From an uncultured Gemmatimonadales bacterium (GTDB lineage: Bacteria > Gemmatimonadota > Gemmatimonadetes > Gemmatimonadales > GWC2-71-9): a stretch of 64,000 bases of DNA. The notes under the pieces were generated by a model. That model saw nothing but the letters and a program-made list of their open reading frames with translations, ran no database searches and was not told the DNA's origin. The DNA is taken from the NCBI GenBank assembly GCA_963830455.1, contig CAWHMT010000004.1:178644-242643 (forward strand). The letters run 5' to 3'. This document shows, one piece after another, positions 1 to 8,621 of the stretch (position 1 is its first letter; the number at the start of each line of letters is the position of its first letter). The position numbers and the translations under genes were made by a program.

Positions 1-1720
1 CTCTACCGTCTGGCGTCTGTTCGTCGATGACAAGATCGAACGGCATGATTTTGGCCAAAAGGTCAGCAAAAAGCTCCAGCGCTTTGCGATCTCCATACGG
101 GAGTTTCGCCGGCAGGGGCTGCTCGAGCTGGCGGTAGACCGACGCGGTACCCAAAGCGATGTCCTCAATGGCCTTCACAAGGACGCCGCGTTCCTCAGCC
201 CAGCGCTCGATTTCCTCTTCGCGGAACAGGTGGCGGGGGAGACCGTACACCTCGCCCAGATAGCCGTTCTTGTTCACCGCCTCGGCGTAGACGTTGTACG
301 CCGTGATGTGATCGGAGCCTGGCACGATCAGGCCGGCGAGCTGGCGCTCCTCGCGTGTCATGCGATGCAGGGACTCGATGTTGGAAGCGACCGCGACGAT
401 CGGCACGAGCCCCGGGTCAGCGTGGTAGAGCAGCTCACCCCAGGGGCGCTCTACCGGCATCGCCTCGACTTCACGGCCGTAAGTCGTTAAGCGGCCGTGC
501 TCTATGAGTCCACGCTCCGTGAGCAGCGCGACGCTGCTCTTGTACGCTCGCCGGTCGAGCGGCACGGGAAGGTCCAGCTCGGTCGCGTCCACCCCGATGG
601 CGGCGCAGGTGATAGCCACGCGTTCGGCGTCCCCCGCGAGCTGGAACTCAGGTGCCGTGGGGCGCAGGTCTTCGAAGGCCAGGTCGCGGTCGCTGAGGAT
701 ATAGACCTCGCCCTGCTGGACCCTCCCATGCACGCGCCCCGCCATCTGCAGGATCTCGTTCGCACCGAGGTACGCCCGTGTCAGGACGTTCTTGCCGCGC
801 TCCACCACGTTGGTGTAGCGGGCATCGTAGATCACCACTGTATCGAGGCCGCGGATATTGAGCGCCGATTGACCGGCTGCGGTCATCGCCAGCAGGAACG
901 GACGTTTGACCAAACCGTCAAGAAACGGCCGAATGACACGAATCGGCTCGCCCCCATGGTAGAAGGCCGTGGCCAGGTTGGGCCACCGATCGCCAAGCTC
1001 CTTGGCGATCTGCTCGACCTCCGCACGTGTGGGGACGAAGACTGCCACGCCGCGGCGCTCGCGCATGACCCGCTTGATGACGCGGTCATTGAGAAACTCG
1101 AGCGGTTGCTCGGCCAGGACATTCACCTGCGCCGCTTTGGCGGGATCGAAGGCCCGCGTTTCCAGCACTTCGGCTGACTTGAGGTACTCCGAATAGAAGC
1201 TCGGATCGACCGTCGCCGACAGCCAAATGAACCGGCAGCTGGCACGCTTGCCGAGCGCCAGGCACAGTTCCATCTCGGCAGAGGTCTGGTGGATTTCGTC
1301 CACCACCAGGGTGTCTTGCGACGTGATGAGCCCGTCCTGGAACCAGCGGCGGGCGATCCCGGTGGTGATGATGACGACGTTCCAGGTCGGCGTTTCGGGC
1401 GTGGCTTCGCGCTCGCGATTGACGACGCCGACCTTGAGCGGAGCCTTGAGAATTGTCTCCGCCATGCTGCGGATGGCGAGCGTCTTCCCAGTGCCCGTGC
1501 CCGCGACGATCCCGAACCCCTGACCCGACGTCGCCAGGCGCCGGATATCACTGCCGTGCTCGCGCTCGAGCAACGTTTCCAGCTTGAGACCCAGCGCTAG
1601 CTCGATCGTCTCACACGCCGCCCGCGTGGGGGCAATGACAATGACTCGGCCTGTCGGTGGCTCGGCAGCGAGGAACGCCTGAGGATCGGGGGGAAGAGAA
1701 TGATCGCGGGAGATGCGCAC
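1..1720 (-). CDS. DEAH-box (HrpA/HrpB-like) ATP-dependent helicase; N-terminal ~573 codons, 3' end runs off the window start
   Basis: Absent from the ORF track because it is open at the window edge. My minus-strand translation from GTG at 1720 gives GIVAGTGTGKT (Walker A), VVDEIHQ (DEIH motif II), LSAT (motif III) and QMAGRVHGR (motif VI). It stays open and coding-like to position 1. Confidence 0.8.
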   Translation of the reverse strand, partial: MRISRDHSLPPDPQAFLAAEPPTGRVIVIAPTRAACETIELALGLKLETLLEREHGSDIRRLATSGQGFGIVAGTGTGKTLAIRSMAETILKAPLKVGVVNREREATPETPTWNVVIITTGIARRWFQDGLITSQDTLVVDEIHQTSAEMELCLALGKRASCRFIWLSATVDPSFYSEYLKSAEVLETRAFDPAKAAQVNVLAEQPLEFLNDRVIKRVMRERRGVAVFVPTRAEVEQIAKELGDRWPNLATAFYHGGEPIRVIRPFLDGLVKRPFLLAMTAAGQSALNIRGLDTVVIYDARYTNVVERGKNVLTRAYLGANEILQMAGRVHGRVQQGEVYILSDRDLAFEDLRPTAPEFQLAGDAERVAITCAAIGVDATELDLPVPLDRRAYKSSVALLTERGLIEHGRLTTYGREVEAMPVERPWGELLYHADPGLVPIVAVASNIESLHRMTREERQLAGLIVPGSDHITAYNVYAEAVNKNGYLGEVYGLPRHLFREEEIERWAEERGVLVKAIEDIALGTASVYRQLEQPLPAKLPYGDRKALELFADLLAKIMPFDLVIDEQTPDGR

Positions 1721-1723
1721 TAC

Positions 1724-1763
1724 TGAATATAGAAGCCCCCCTCTCCGCAGCGCGGAGAGGGGG
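1724..1763 (-). terminator. Rho-independent terminator after the small secreted-protein gene
   Basis: Perfect 12-bp GC-rich stem (1737-1748 ccccctctccgc / 1752-1763 gcggagaggggg) with a 3-nt loop. On the minus strand it is followed by GCUUCUAUAUUC. It lies 15 nt after the stop at 1778. Confidence 0.6.
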
Positions 1764-1777
1764 ACCTGGGGTGGGGC

Positions 1778-2068
1778 CTAATGGCCGCGATGATACCGGC
1801 GGTATTTGCGATGCGGCGTTACGACGACGACGCGCGGTTCGGGAAAGTAGCGCGGGGCGACAACGACAACCGGCGCGCGGTGGTAGTACGGACGATACTG
1901 GTAGTAGTAAGGACGCGCGTATCGATGGTAGTACGGCTGCCCGATCACGACGTGGCCATTGAAGTAGGGATCGCCGAAGCTGACGGAGACCCCAACACGC
2001 GTTTGGGCCTGCGCAATACCACTCGCCAATCCCAGCAGCAATCCGACAATGACGAAGATCCGTTTCAT
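1778..2068 (-). CDS. Small secreted Tyr/Pro/Arg/His/Val-rich protein (96 aa precursor)
   Basis: The ORF track gives 1778..2107. I prefer the internal ATG at 2068 because AAGGAGG lies 5 nt upstream and the product then begins with a signal peptide, MKRIFVIVGLLLGLASGIAQA. The mature part is low-complexity (PYYHRYARPYYYQYRPYYHRAP, VVVV runs). Confidence 0.6.
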   Translation of the reverse strand: MKRIFVIVGLLLGLASGIAQAQTRVGVSVSFGDPYFNGHVVIGQPYYHRYARPYYYQYRPYYHRAPVVVVAPRYFPEPRVVVVTPHRKYRRYHRGH

Positions 2069-2200
2069 AGCTGCCTCCTTTTGCCGCCGCATTAACGGAA
2101 GGAGCATGCCACTACACTGGAATCCGTAAGTAGCTGCTGGGTAACGAGTTAGTTTGGAATGGCGAGGTCTGCTTGTCCTACAACAGCGACAACTGTCCGT

Positions 2201-3268
2201 TCAGTCTCCGAAGCTGGTTCCGAGATCGCGCGCGGTCGCAATCGTATCTGAGTCGAGCGGCACGCGCTTCGGCGTGGTGATGGCATCCGCCAGCAGGACG
2301 GAAGCGATGCGCGGCGGTTGCAGCGCAACCATCATCCCGAACTTGCCCTCGGCGACGAGACGCACGGCCGCAGCCCCGAACCGCAGTGCGAGCAGCCGGT
2401 CGAACGTTGTCGGACCGCCGCCGCGCTGGAGATGTCCGAGCACCAGCGAGCGCGATTCCTTCCCCGTCATCTGCTCGATCGAGTGCGCCAGCTTATCGGC
2501 AATGCCGCCGAGGCGCGCGTGCTCGGGATCGATGAGTGACACCGTGCCACCTTTAGGAACGGCGCCCTCGGCGGCAACGACGATGCTGAAGTGACGGCCT
2601 TCGGCTTCCCGACGCCGAATCTTGTCGCACACCTTGTCAATGTCGAACGGGATTTCGGGAATGAGGATGACGTCCGCCGAGCCGGCGACGCCGGCGTTCA
2701 GTGCGATGAAGCCGGCGTGGCGCCCCATGACCTCGACCACCATGACGCGCTCATGGCTCTCCGCCGTGGAGTGCAGCTTGTCGATCGCGTCGGTGGCCGT
2801 CGCGACCGCGGTATCGAAGCCGAAGGTTGCAGCCGTGCCTTCTACGTCATTGTCGATCGTCTTGGGAACGCCGACGACCGGCAATCCTCTCCTCCACAGC
2901 TCATACGCGATCCCGAGCGTTCCCTCGCCGCCGATGGCGATCAAGGCGTCGAACCGGTAAGCTCGGAATGACTCGAACAGCTCCGGCGTGCGGTCGCGCT
3001 CCTCCCAGGTGCCGTCCGGTCGCTGACGCCGCCACTTGAGGGGATTGCCGCGGTTCGACGCACCCAGGATGGTTCCGCCGAGATGGGTGATGCCGCGGAC
3101 CTCCTGCGGGCCGAGCGGCATCGGCGGCTCCTCGCCGAGCAGACTGCCGAATCCGCGTCTGATCCCGAAGCATTCCCAGCCGCGATGCACGGCAGCGAGG
3201 ACGGCGGCGCGGATGACGGCATTCAACCCGGGAGCGTCACCCCCGCCGGTGGAGATGGCGAGCCTCAC
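2201..3268 (-). CDS. pfkA: 6-phosphofructokinase (ATP/PPi specificity unresolved)
   Basis: 355-aa ORF containing GGGDAPGLNAVIRA, IGGEGTLG and PKTIDND, the PFK family motifs. It has a GTG start at 3268. Confidence 0.9.
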   Translation of the reverse strand: MRLAISTGGGDAPGLNAVIRAAVLAAVHRGWECFGIRRGFGSLLGEEPPMPLGPQEVRGITHLGGTILGASNRGNPLKWRRQRPDGTWEERDRTPELFESFRAYRFDALIAIGGEGTLGIAYELWRRGLPVVGVPKTIDNDVEGTAATFGFDTAVATATDAIDKLHSTAESHERVMVVEVMGRHAGFIALNAGVAGSADVILIPEIPFDIDKVCDKIRRREAEGRHFSIVVAAEGAVPKGGTVSLIDPEHARLGGIADKLAHSIEQMTGKESRSLVLGHLQRGGGPTTFDRLLALRFGAAAVRLVAEGKFGMMVALQPPRIASVLLADAITTPKRVPLDSDTIATARDLGTSFGD

Positions 3269-3504
3269 CGCTGCGGGGCGGTCCTTTCGCGAATCAGGCG
3301 CACCACTTCACCTGCTTCGGCGTGGCGTTTCAAGGATTTCTTGGAGAAGATGCGGCGCCCGTCGACCTCCACTTCAAAGACGCCACCGGACGATTGGATC
3401 AGACGCACTTCGGCGTGAGGGTAGGCGTCGCGGATCTCGGCCGCCAGACCGGTGGCCCGAGGTTCGTAGTTTCAAATGACGCAGTATTCAATCGTGACGG
3501 TCAT
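3265..3504 (-). CDS. selW: SelW-like / Rdx-family selenoprotein (79 aa) with in-frame TGA (Sec) at 3472..3474
   Basis: Not in the ORF track because it is split by the TGA. Translation: MTVTIEYCVI-U-NYEPRATGLAAEIRDAYPHAEVRLIQSSGGVFEVEVDGRRIFSKKSLKRHAEAGEVVRLIRERTAPQR. IEYCxxU plus GGxFEVxVDG matches the Rdx thioredoxin-like family, where this position is Cys or Sec. Coding character continues for 68 codons after the TGA. The true stop TGA (3265-3267) overlaps the pfk GTG start. Confidence 0.75.
3436..3461 (-). promoter_or_regulatory. Putative bacterial SECIS hairpin
   Basis: The mRNA reads CUCGG-G-CC-A-CC[GGUCU]GG-C-GG-CCGAG. It starts 11 nt after the UGA, and the apical loop carrying GGU is about 21 nt from the UGA. 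Pairing was done by eye, not with a folding program. Confidence 0.55.
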
Positions 3505-3567
3505 GGCGTGAACGATAGTCGCGCTTGACACACCGCGCCACGGCGCCGACCTTGCGCGAAACCTTCT

Positions 3568-5667
3568 ATGCGGCGAGCACTCCTGGTCCGTGCGGTGGTA
3601 TCGGTCGCCGCACTCGTCAGTTTTGGCGCGGGGCTAATCGCCCTCGCGCGGGGAACGTCCCCCGCGGGCGGCAATCTGCCGCTCGCCGGCGTCGTGCTCG
3701 TCCTCGTCGCCGCGCTCAGTCGTCGCTACGGCATCGCGCTTCCGGGCAACGGCTTCTCTTCCTACATCGTCGGCGTGTTGCTCTTCGCGATCCTCGATCG
3801 GGGCTGGGCTTTCGCCGCCGTCATCGCGCCGTTCTCCATGCTCGTCGGCGACGTGCTGATGCGCCGGCTCCCGGTCCGCGCCGCGCTCGGCAACGCGGCG
3901 CATCTCACGGCGGGTACGACGTTCGTCGGGCTCATGTACGCCCGTATCGGTGGCGCGACCGGCGCCGCCGCCGCGCTGTCGGTCGACAACGTCGGCCCGA
4001 TGGCAGTCACGATCGCGGTGTTACCCATGATCGTGAACGGGACGTTCTATCTGGAGCTCGCGTTGGGACAGACGATCGCGTGGGTGGACGCTCGGCTCAC
4101 GCTGCGCTGGGAGTCCATCGTCTACCTCGTGTCGGCGGCGCTGGCGCTCAGCTGGCTCGCGCTGGTGCATGCCGCCATCCCGACCGGTCCCCGGCTGCTG
4201 ATGCTCGCGGCACTCGGGCTCGCTACGCTCGGCAGTCTCCATGTGCTGCGCCTCGGCGTGCGTGCCGACGAGCTGCAGTTGATTCAGCGGCTCGCGCACG
4301 CGATCGCGGCGGAGCTGACGCTCAGCAAAAGCTTCACGCGCGTCCAGGAGCTCACGCGCCAGCTCGTCCCGTGGGAGCAGATGGGGTTCGCCCGCTACGA
4401 TGCGCGGACGCGCCAGATGGAGCTGGTGGCCGACACCGCGGCACAGCCGGGAGCGTCGTTTCGCTTCGACTCGGACGCGGGGCTCACCGCGGAAGCGTTG
4501 CGCCTGCGGCGTCCCGTGGTTGCGCATGGATTGGCCCCGGATCAAGTCGTCGTTCCGGGCGCGGAGAGGGCGGGTTCGGAGCTGCTCGTCCCCCTGTACC
4601 ACGCGGGGCAGCTCGTCGGACTCTGGAGCGTGCGACATTCCAATCCCGCGATGTACCGAGAGTCCGACGGCGAGCTGCTCGCGCTCCTCGCCCCGCAGCT
4701 CGCCCTCATGGTCGCGATCGACGGCTCGCTGCGCCCGGTGACCGGCGCGTCCGACCAGACAACGCAGTACGTCCAGACGCTGACGGCAACGACCGAAGAG
4801 ATTCACGCGTCCAGTGAGGAAGTATCCGCGTCGGCGCAGCGCGCGAGCCACGGCGCGGGACAAGCCGCCACGCTCGTGGCGACCGCTGCCGGCGAAGCGG
4901 GACAGCTCAAGGAGAGCGCCACGCAGCTCGCCGCGGCCGGCGACCGCACGCGCGAGGCGGGTTCGCAGATGGAGAAGACGGCGGACCGAGTCCGGACCGG
5001 AACGGAGAGCGCCGTGCGCCAATTGACCGACCTCGGCACCACGACATCGGAAAGCGCCGCGGAGGTCGGGCGGCTGCGGGACGTCGCGACGCAGGTCGAG
5101 AAGTTCTCCGAAACGATTGGCTTCGTCGCGAATCAGACCAACCTGCTCGCGTTGAACGCGACGATCGAAGCCGCGCGCGCGGGGGTTCACGGGCGCGGCT
5201 TCGCGGTCGTCGCCGACGAAGTTCACAAGCTGGCCGAGGCGAGCGGACGCGAGGCCCGCAACGTTGGCAAGGCGGTGCTGGACACCCGCCGGGCGCTGGA
5301 TCGCGCCGCCCAACTGATCGAGCGCATCCGCGGGGACTTGAGCCAGGTCGTGCAGAATTCCGCCGCCTGGGTGACCGATCTCGACCAGATCGGCGAAGCG
5401 GCGATCGAAACGGCGCGCGCCGGCAAACAGGTCGCGGAGCTCGGCCGCCACAGCGCGGAGCTGGCGAGCAAAATCACGGAATCGCTCAGTCAGGCGCGGG
5501 CGGCCGCGCAGAGCTCGAGCCAGGAAGCCGAGGCGGTCGCGGCAGCCGCCGCCGAGCAGCTCCGCGCTATCGAGGATCTCGCCCAGGGAGCCACCGAGCT
5601 GTCCGCCCTCGCCGAGAAGCTATCGCAGGCACTGCACTTCATCCGCGGGGGCAATGGTCATCCGTAG
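3568..5667 (+). CDS. Methyl-accepting chemotaxis protein with polytopic membrane N-domain and GAF domain
   Basis: 699-aa ORF. The N-terminal ~230 aa is hydrophobic with multiple helices. A central GAF-like block follows ([26 protein letters not shown]). The C-terminus carries the MCP signalling core [33 protein letters not shown]. Confidence 0.85.
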   Translation: MRRALLVRAVVSVAALVSFGAGLIALARGTSPAGGNLPLAGVVLVLVAALSRRYGIALPGNGFSSYIVGVLLFAILDRGWAFAAVIAPFSMLVGDVLMRRLPVRAALGNAAHLTAGTTFVGLMYARIGGATGAAAALSVDNVGPMAVTIAVLPMIVNGTFYLELALGQTIAWVDARLTLRWESIVYLVSAALALSWLALVHAAIPTGPRLLMLAALGLATLGSLHVLRLGVRADELQLIQRLAHAIAAELTLSKSFTRVQELTRQLVPWEQMGFARYDARTRQMELVADTAAQPGASFRFDSDAGLTAEALRLRRPVVAHGLAPDQVVVPGAERAGSELLVPLYHAGQLVGLWSVRHSNPAMYRESDGELLALLAPQLALMVAIDGSLRPVTGASDQTTQYVQTLTATTEEIHASSEEVSASAQRASHGAGQAATLVATAAGEAGQLKESATQLAAAGDRTREAGSQMEKTADRVRTGTESAVRQLTDLGTTTSESAAEVGRLRDVATQVEKFSETIGFVANQTNLLALNATIEAARAGVHGRGFAVVADEVHKLAEASGREARNVGKAVLDTRRALDRAAQLIERIRGDLSQVVQNSAAWVTDLDQIGEAAIETARAGKQVAELGRHSAELASKITESLSQARAAAQSSSQEAEAVAAAAAEQLRAIEDLAQGATELSALAEKLSQALHFIRGGNGHP

Positions 5668-7126
5668 ATCGCTCGCCGCCGCCGCCGTATCCGTAGCGCT
5701 CGCGACAACCGTGGGAAGCTGTGGCAGCGACAGCTCGTCGCCCGCCGCGTCCGTCCGCATCGATTACATCGCCGGCGCCATTGAACCGGTGCTCACTCGG
5801 GGCGAGCGATTCGCGATCGAAGGGTACGGGTTCGGCGACGATCCTGGCGTGGTGCTGTTCACGCGCATCGGTGGCGGCACGATCGAGAGCCCGGTGGCAG
5901 ACTCCGCCTGGACGCCGTTCGTCATTGCGTTCACCGTGCCAGATTCGGCGGCCGCGGGACGCGTCGGGTTCGGCATCGAAACCGCGACCGGCATCAGCGT
6001 CACCGCGACAATCAACGTCCTGCCGCGGACGACCATCAATCCATTGACGCTCACGTGGGTTTCGCGCGGGACCTTCCCGGGTGCGACCTCGGGAATCGCG
6101 CTCGCGACCGCTCAGTTCCCAGGAACGGGGACGCTGCCGACTTCACTCTATGCAGCCGGCGGTGCCGAGCCGCCCGCGTCGACGCCAGACTCGATCAGCG
6201 GACGACGCGTCTACGTCGCGCGCGTGACCACAGGTGGCGCGGGTGCGATCGGCTCCTGGAATCCCTCGCGGCTGTTGCCCGCACCCCGCGCGTTCGCGAC
6301 CGCCGTGGTCGGGACGCCATTCAATTCCCGGTTTCGCGGCAATGCGCTCTACGTCATCGGCGGACTGGATTCGCTCGGTCGCGCGCAATCATCCGTATTC
6401 GCCGCCGACGTGACGTCGGACAGCGTGACCACGCCCTTCATCGCCCTCGAGCCGCTGCCGGCACCCCGCGCCGGTGCCCTCGCCGTGATCCGCCACGGCC
6501 GGATCTACGTGCTCGGTGGGACCGACAGCCTCGGCCGCCCGCAGACGACGGTCTACACGGGTCGCATCGGCGCCGATGGACACATCGACGGCTGGTTCGC
6601 GCAGCCTCCCTTGGCAGAGGGGCGGGCGTATGGCGCTGCCATCGCCCGCGCCGGCCGTGTGCTCACCGTCGGAGGCGTGGCCGACAGCGTGCCTCCCGGC
6701 GGCGGCCTGGATGCGGGTACCCAGCGGGTGGTGACGGGGGATACGGCGGCGGTGAGCACTCTCTCGGGATTCTTCACAGGCGGATGGGGGGCGGGACCGG
6801 CGCTGCTGCCAGCGGGCCGGTCGCAGTTCGCGCTGTTCGACCTCGATTCCATCGTGCTCGTCGTCGGCGGGATGTACGCGGGTGCCGCCGGCAACTCAGC
6901 CGAAGCGCTCGCGGCGACGGTGGTCAACGACTCGGTGGGCCCGTTTGCCGGCCCGGTCGGCACGAACCGGATCGCCGATTTGATGTGCCTGACAGAACCC
7001 GCGGGGACACTGGTCGGGCCGGCGGGAATCACATGGCAGGAACTGGATGGGACGCGTCGTGGCCTGCTGGTCGGGGGCCTCGACTTGGCCTCGCAAGGGC
7101 GCCGAAACTGCGCCTGGGGTTGGTGA
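5654..7126 (+). CDS. Lipoprotein with IPT/TIG-like domain and Kelch-type beta-propeller repeats
   Basis: Lipobox ATTVGSC, and repeated [11 protein letters not shown] / [12 protein letters not shown] / VLTVGGV / VLVVGGM motifs. Its start overlaps the MCP stop by 14 nt. Confidence 0.7.
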   Translation: MVIRRSLAAAAVSVALATTVGSCGSDSSSPAASVRIDYIAGAIEPVLTRGERFAIEGYGFGDDPGVVLFTRIGGGTIESPVADSAWTPFVIAFTVPDSAAAGRVGFGIETATGISVTATINVLPRTTINPLTLTWVSRGTFPGATSGIALATAQFPGTGTLPTSLYAAGGAEPPASTPDSISGRRVYVARVTTGGAGAIGSWNPSRLLPAPRAFATAVVGTPFNSRFRGNALYVIGGLDSLGRAQSSVFAADVTSDSVTTPFIALEPLPAPRAGALAVIRHGRIYVLGGTDSLGRPQTTVYTGRIGADGHIDGWFAQPPLAEGRAYGAAIARAGRVLTVGGVADSVPPGGGLDAGTQRVVTGDTAAVSTLSGFFTGGWGAGPALLPAGRSQFALFDLDSIVLVVGGMYAGAAGNSAEALAATVVNDSVGPFAGPVGTNRIADLMCLTEPAGTLVGPAGITWQELDGTRRGLLVGGLDLASQGRRNCAWGW

Positions 7127-7175
7127 TTTAGAGGCCGATTATTAGAGTGGTGTGCCGCTAACCCCGGGGAAAGAC

Positions 7176-8621
7176 ATGCGCGCTCAGACCTCGCTGCTGG
7201 TGCTCTGTCTACTGCTTGCTCCCACCATTGGCGCCGCCCAACACTCACATCAGTTCGAGATGGGCGCGTTCGGGTCGTACACGCGCTACGACCAGGTATT
7301 CAACCTCGACAAACAGATCGGTGGCGGCGGACGACTGGGCTATTTCTTCAGTCCCGTTGTGGGCGTCGAGCTCGACATCGGAGTTCAGCAGCCGTCTCCT
7401 AAGGGCGGCGGAGCCTCCGTCGGTCTGACGCTGGGCGGCGGCAGTCTCGTGTTCAACTTCGGGAACCAAAAGAACCTCTTCTATATCCTGGGCGGGTACT
7501 CCAGGCTCAGCTTCACCGACAACCCTTCATACACGTTCGACGACAACGCAGTCCACGGCGGGATTGGCGACCGAATCTTCCTCGGCGAGCGCGTCGCGCT
7601 GCGGATCGAGGGTCGGGCGCTGTACTCGCCCAACACCAACTATCCCAGCGGCACGTGGGCAGGACACATCGTCGCCTCGGCCGGTCTTTCCATATTCACC
7701 GGGCCAAGCGCATTCAAGGACAGTGATCAGGACGGCATCGCGGACAAGGGTGATACGTGCCCCGCGACACCCAGCGGCGCGGTCGTGGACGCGCAAGGGT
7801 GCCCGAGCGATGCCGATCGTGACAAGGTCTTCAACGGTCTCGACGCCTGCCCCAACACCGTCGAGGGCGCCGAGGTGGACGCTCGGGGGTGCCCCAAGGA
7901 CGCTGATGCCGACGGCGTGTACGACGGCATCGACAAGTGCCCCGCGAGCGCGACCGGCTCGCGCGTCGACGCGACCGGATGTCCCACGGACTCCGACGGC
8001 GACAGCGTGTTCGACGGGCCCGACCAGTGCCCCGGCACGCCAACCGGCGCGACCGTGGATGCGAACGGCTGCCCGATCGACAGCGATCGCGACAGCGTGC
8101 CCGACGGCATCGACAAATGTCCGAATACTCCGGCCGGCACCGAAGTCGACACGGCCGGTTGCCAGCGCGCATCAGACTCCGACGGCGACGGTGTGGACGA
8201 CACAAAGGACAAATGCCCCGGTACGTCGTCCGGCACGCGTGTCGACGCGGCGGGCTGCCCGATCCTGTTCATAGAGGCGCGCCAGCCTGTGGTCTTGCGG
8301 GGCGTGACGTTTGAAACCGGGCGCTCGGCGCTGCGGCCCGATTCCTACACGATTCTCGACATGGTCGCGATTTCGCTGGTGAACAATCCGGATATCAACG
8401 TCGAGATCTCGGGTCATACCGATGCCACGGGATCAGCCGCGACGAACCTGCGCCTGTCACAGGCCCGGGCCGACGCCGTGCGCGCGTATCTGGCGAGCAA
8501 GGGCGTGGCACCGGAAAGAATGGTCGCGAAGGGCTACGGCCCGGAGCAGCCGGTCGGGCCGAATACGACGCCGGCGGGCCGCGCGCAGAACCGGCGCGTC
8601 GAACTGCGGAGGACCAATTGA
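7176..8621 (+). CDS. OmpA-family outer-membrane protein: beta-barrel + 6 thrombospondin type-3 (TSP3) repeats + OmpA C-domain
   Basis: The track ORF starts at 7152; the ATG at 7176 gives the signal peptide MRAQTSLLVLCLLLAPTIGAAQ. The protein has repeated DxDxDGxxDxxDxCPxTPxG units and a C-terminal OmpA motif (GHTDATGS...NRRVELRR). Confidence 0.85.
   Translation: MRAQTSLLVLCLLLAPTIGAAQHSHQFEMGAFGSYTRYDQVFNLDKQIGGGGRLGYFFSPVVGVELDIGVQQPSPKGGGASVGLTLGGGSLVFNFGNQKNLFYILGGYSRLSFTDNPSYTFDDNAVHGGIGDRIFLGERVALRIEGRALYSPNTNYPSGTWAGHIVASAGLSIFTGPSAFKDSDQDGIADKGDTCPATPSGAVVDAQGCPSDADRDKVFNGLDACPNTVEGAEVDARGCPKDADADGVYDGIDKCPASATGSRVDATGCPTDSDGDSVFDGPDQCPGTPTGATVDANGCPIDSDRDSVPDGIDKCPNTPAGTEVDTAGCQRASDSDGDGVDDTKDKCPGTSSGTRVDAAGCPILFIEARQPVVLRGVTFETGRSALRPDSYTILDMVAISLVNNPDINVEISGHTDATGSAATNLRLSQARADAVRAYLASKGVAPERMVAKGYGPEQPVGPNTTPAGRAQNRRVELRRTN
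7719..8262 (+). repeat. In-frame tandem TSP3 (calcium-binding) repeat array, 6 units of about 95-100 bp
   Basis: Six xCPxTxxG units: DTCPATPSG, DACPNTVEG, DKCPASATG, DQCPGTPTG, DKCPNTPAG, DKCPGTSSG. Confidence 0.8.

Noticed and set aside
3322-3528. 68-aa plus-strand ORF in the pfk-MCP spacer
   Set aside because: It is the codon-phase mirror of the minus-strand SelW-like gene. The minus-strand reading has a clear family signature, and the plus-strand product has none.
3525-3530. TTGACA hexamer as a -35 box for the MCP gene
   Set aside because: No acceptable -10 element lies 16-19 nt downstream (gacctt at 3548-3553), and the promoter consensus for this lineage is unknown to me.
3525-5451. 430-aa plus-strand ORF (3525..4817) and 476-aa minus-strand ORF (4021..5451) overlapping the MCP gene
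   Set aside because: Both are Arg/Ala/Pro-rich low-complexity translations in alternative or antisense frames. Only the frame of 3568..5667 yields the conserved MCP signalling core and GAF block.
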